Shown piece after piece: positions 62,835-64,000 of a stretch of 64,000 nt of DNA. How positions within the stretch are numbered: position 1 is the stretch's first letter; each line of letters begins with the position of its first letter. The stretch spans positions 352,001 through 416,000 of the forward strand of contig CAWCMR010000008.1 in assembly GCA_963796685.1 (NCBI GenBank), in the 5' to 3' direction. Source of the DNA: an uncultured delta proteobacterium. GTDB taxonomy: Bacteria; Myxococcota_A; Polyangia; Fen-1088. Made by a program: the position numbers and the translations under genes. The notes under the pieces were generated by a model. That model had not been told where the DNA came from. It was given only the letters and a program-made list of their open reading frames with translations, and made no database searches.

Positions 62835-64000
62835 CTACTTCGCCAGGCGCATGATCTGGCTCACGCCGGTGCCGGTAATTGATTCCACGCGGCCCCAGTA
62901 GAGAGCGGTGTCGTCCTGGTACAACGTGGATACTATGGATTCGCCCTGTGACTGCGTGGGTTGATCCGTGGCGAGAAGGGTCCTGGATGCGGCACAGTTG
63001 GCCGGGCTGCAGCGATAGAGTGAATACGAGCTGTCGATGAAGTACATACCGTTCGCGTCCTCTACGGCATTGAATGTTCCGACACTCATGGCGAACTGAG
63101 CTCGACTGGTCGAGCTCAAGGCCGGAAGAGGGATTCGATAGACATCACCAGGCCCCGTGGCGATCAGTACGGATCGCAGGTTGACGTCGATGATGTTGCC
63201 GACATCCGCCAAGGCGCTGGCTATCTGAATGGGCGTGGTATTGGAGACGCTCGCCGTGAAGACATCCGTTTCCAGCGGATTGTTTGCTGAGTCCGAGAGA
63301 CCTCGTAGCCAGTAGACGGAGTCACCGCCTGCATACGCTGATGTATAGAAACTCGGAGAATCGCCCGATGGTACACCTGCCGTCTCGCTTTGCGAGGCGC
63401 GGATGATGAGGCCGTTGCTGAGATTGAACCAGCTAACGCTGAATGTCGAGGCGCTTGCGTCGTCACTGGTTTCGGCGTAGTAGCGAGGCGCGACACTGCT
63501 CCAGAGAACCGGCCAGCTCGTAACATTGGGATTCGCGATGGCGGCGGGCGTGAAGCCCCCACCACTCCCAACGGTCTTAAACGCAAAACTTCCGCCCAGA
63601 CCACGCTCGAAAATCGTCGAGCCGATGACGCCAGCGAAACCAGAGAAGGAATCGCTCGTAGCCACCAATGAGCCATCTTGGCCTACCGCCGACTTCGCGA
63701 CCCTGTATGCATCGGCCGCAAGGCTGGTGGACGCGCTCGGGACCTGGTAGTAGACATACTGACTGTCCACGCCGATGACTGACGGCCCAGAAGACAGGAC
63801 GCCGGTCACCGCCACGGGCTGGCAGGCCCCCGAGGAGCAAGTACCCCCCAGACAGCTATGACCACAGGTCCCGCAGTTGTTGCCATCGGTCAGGAGGTTC
63901 GAACACGAAGTCGTGCAATTGCTGAAGCCGGCACCCGTGCAGGTGCACGAGCCACCCGAGCAGGTGAAGCCGTTCGTGCATACGCTCTGCGGCTGGTTGA
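62835..64000 (-). CDS. Cys-rich STIG1-like protein with C-terminal beta-propeller-like domain (5' end off the window)
   Basis: Frame stays open to the window edge: ..CSNLLTDGNNCGTCGHSCLGGTCSSGACQPV..; then VDSQYVYY / DSVYW / DDTALYW blades. Confidence 0.75.
   Translation of the reverse strand, partial: NQPQSVCTNGFTCSGGSCTCTGAGFSNCTTSCSNLLTDGNNCGTCGHSCLGGTCSSGACQPVAVTGVLSSGPSVIGVDSQYVYYQVPSASTSLAADAYRVAKSAVGQDGSLVATSDSFSGFAGVIGSTIFERGLGGSFAFKTVGSGGGFTPAAIANPNVTSWPVLWSSVAPRYYAETSDDASASTFSVSWFNLSNGLIIRASQSETAGVPSGDSPSFYTSAYAGGDSVYWLRGLSDSANNPLETDVFTASVSNTTPIQIASALADVGNIIDVNLRSVLIATGPGDVYRIPLPALSSTSRAQFAMSVGTFNAVEDANGMYFIDSSYSLYRCSPANCAASRTLLATDQPTQSQGESIVSTLYQDDTALYWGRVESITGTGVSQIMRLAK

Overview
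High-GC bacterial window whose gene content points to Myxococcota (inference): Hanks kinases with PEGA domains, PEGA/TPR secreted proteins, Cys-rich STIG1-like lipoproteins, a PilR-like sigma-54 activator and a Myxococcus-type LexA-box-like site. Most of it is housekeeping or envelope genes: pgeF, rluD, M16 peptidase, a methyltransferase/glycosyltransferase cluster, cyclophilin, larBC, ppgK with a glucoamylase, an M1 aminopeptidase, lon, recA, cinA, PP2C, DedA and ccmF. The outstanding feature is at 27081-31899: a tandem array of a 79-bp unit carrying two hairpins (8 full units plus a partial ninth) between convergent genes. Two apparently identical 2075-nt class IIC group II introns sit at exactly the same nucleotide of consecutive units 5 and 6, with no target duplication. 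Two empty units (3 and 8) carry a 1-bp insertion right at the intron target site. Other mobile or repeat elements are a complete ISL3 (8-bp TSD) interrupting a TPR gene, a 162-bp MITE-like element and a 14-copy 9-bp VNTR. Also notable are a ChbG/YdjC homologue that has lost its metal ligands and an accessory region from about 56.3 kb with modular Cys-rich proteins. All calls come from reading the sequence; no database searches were run.
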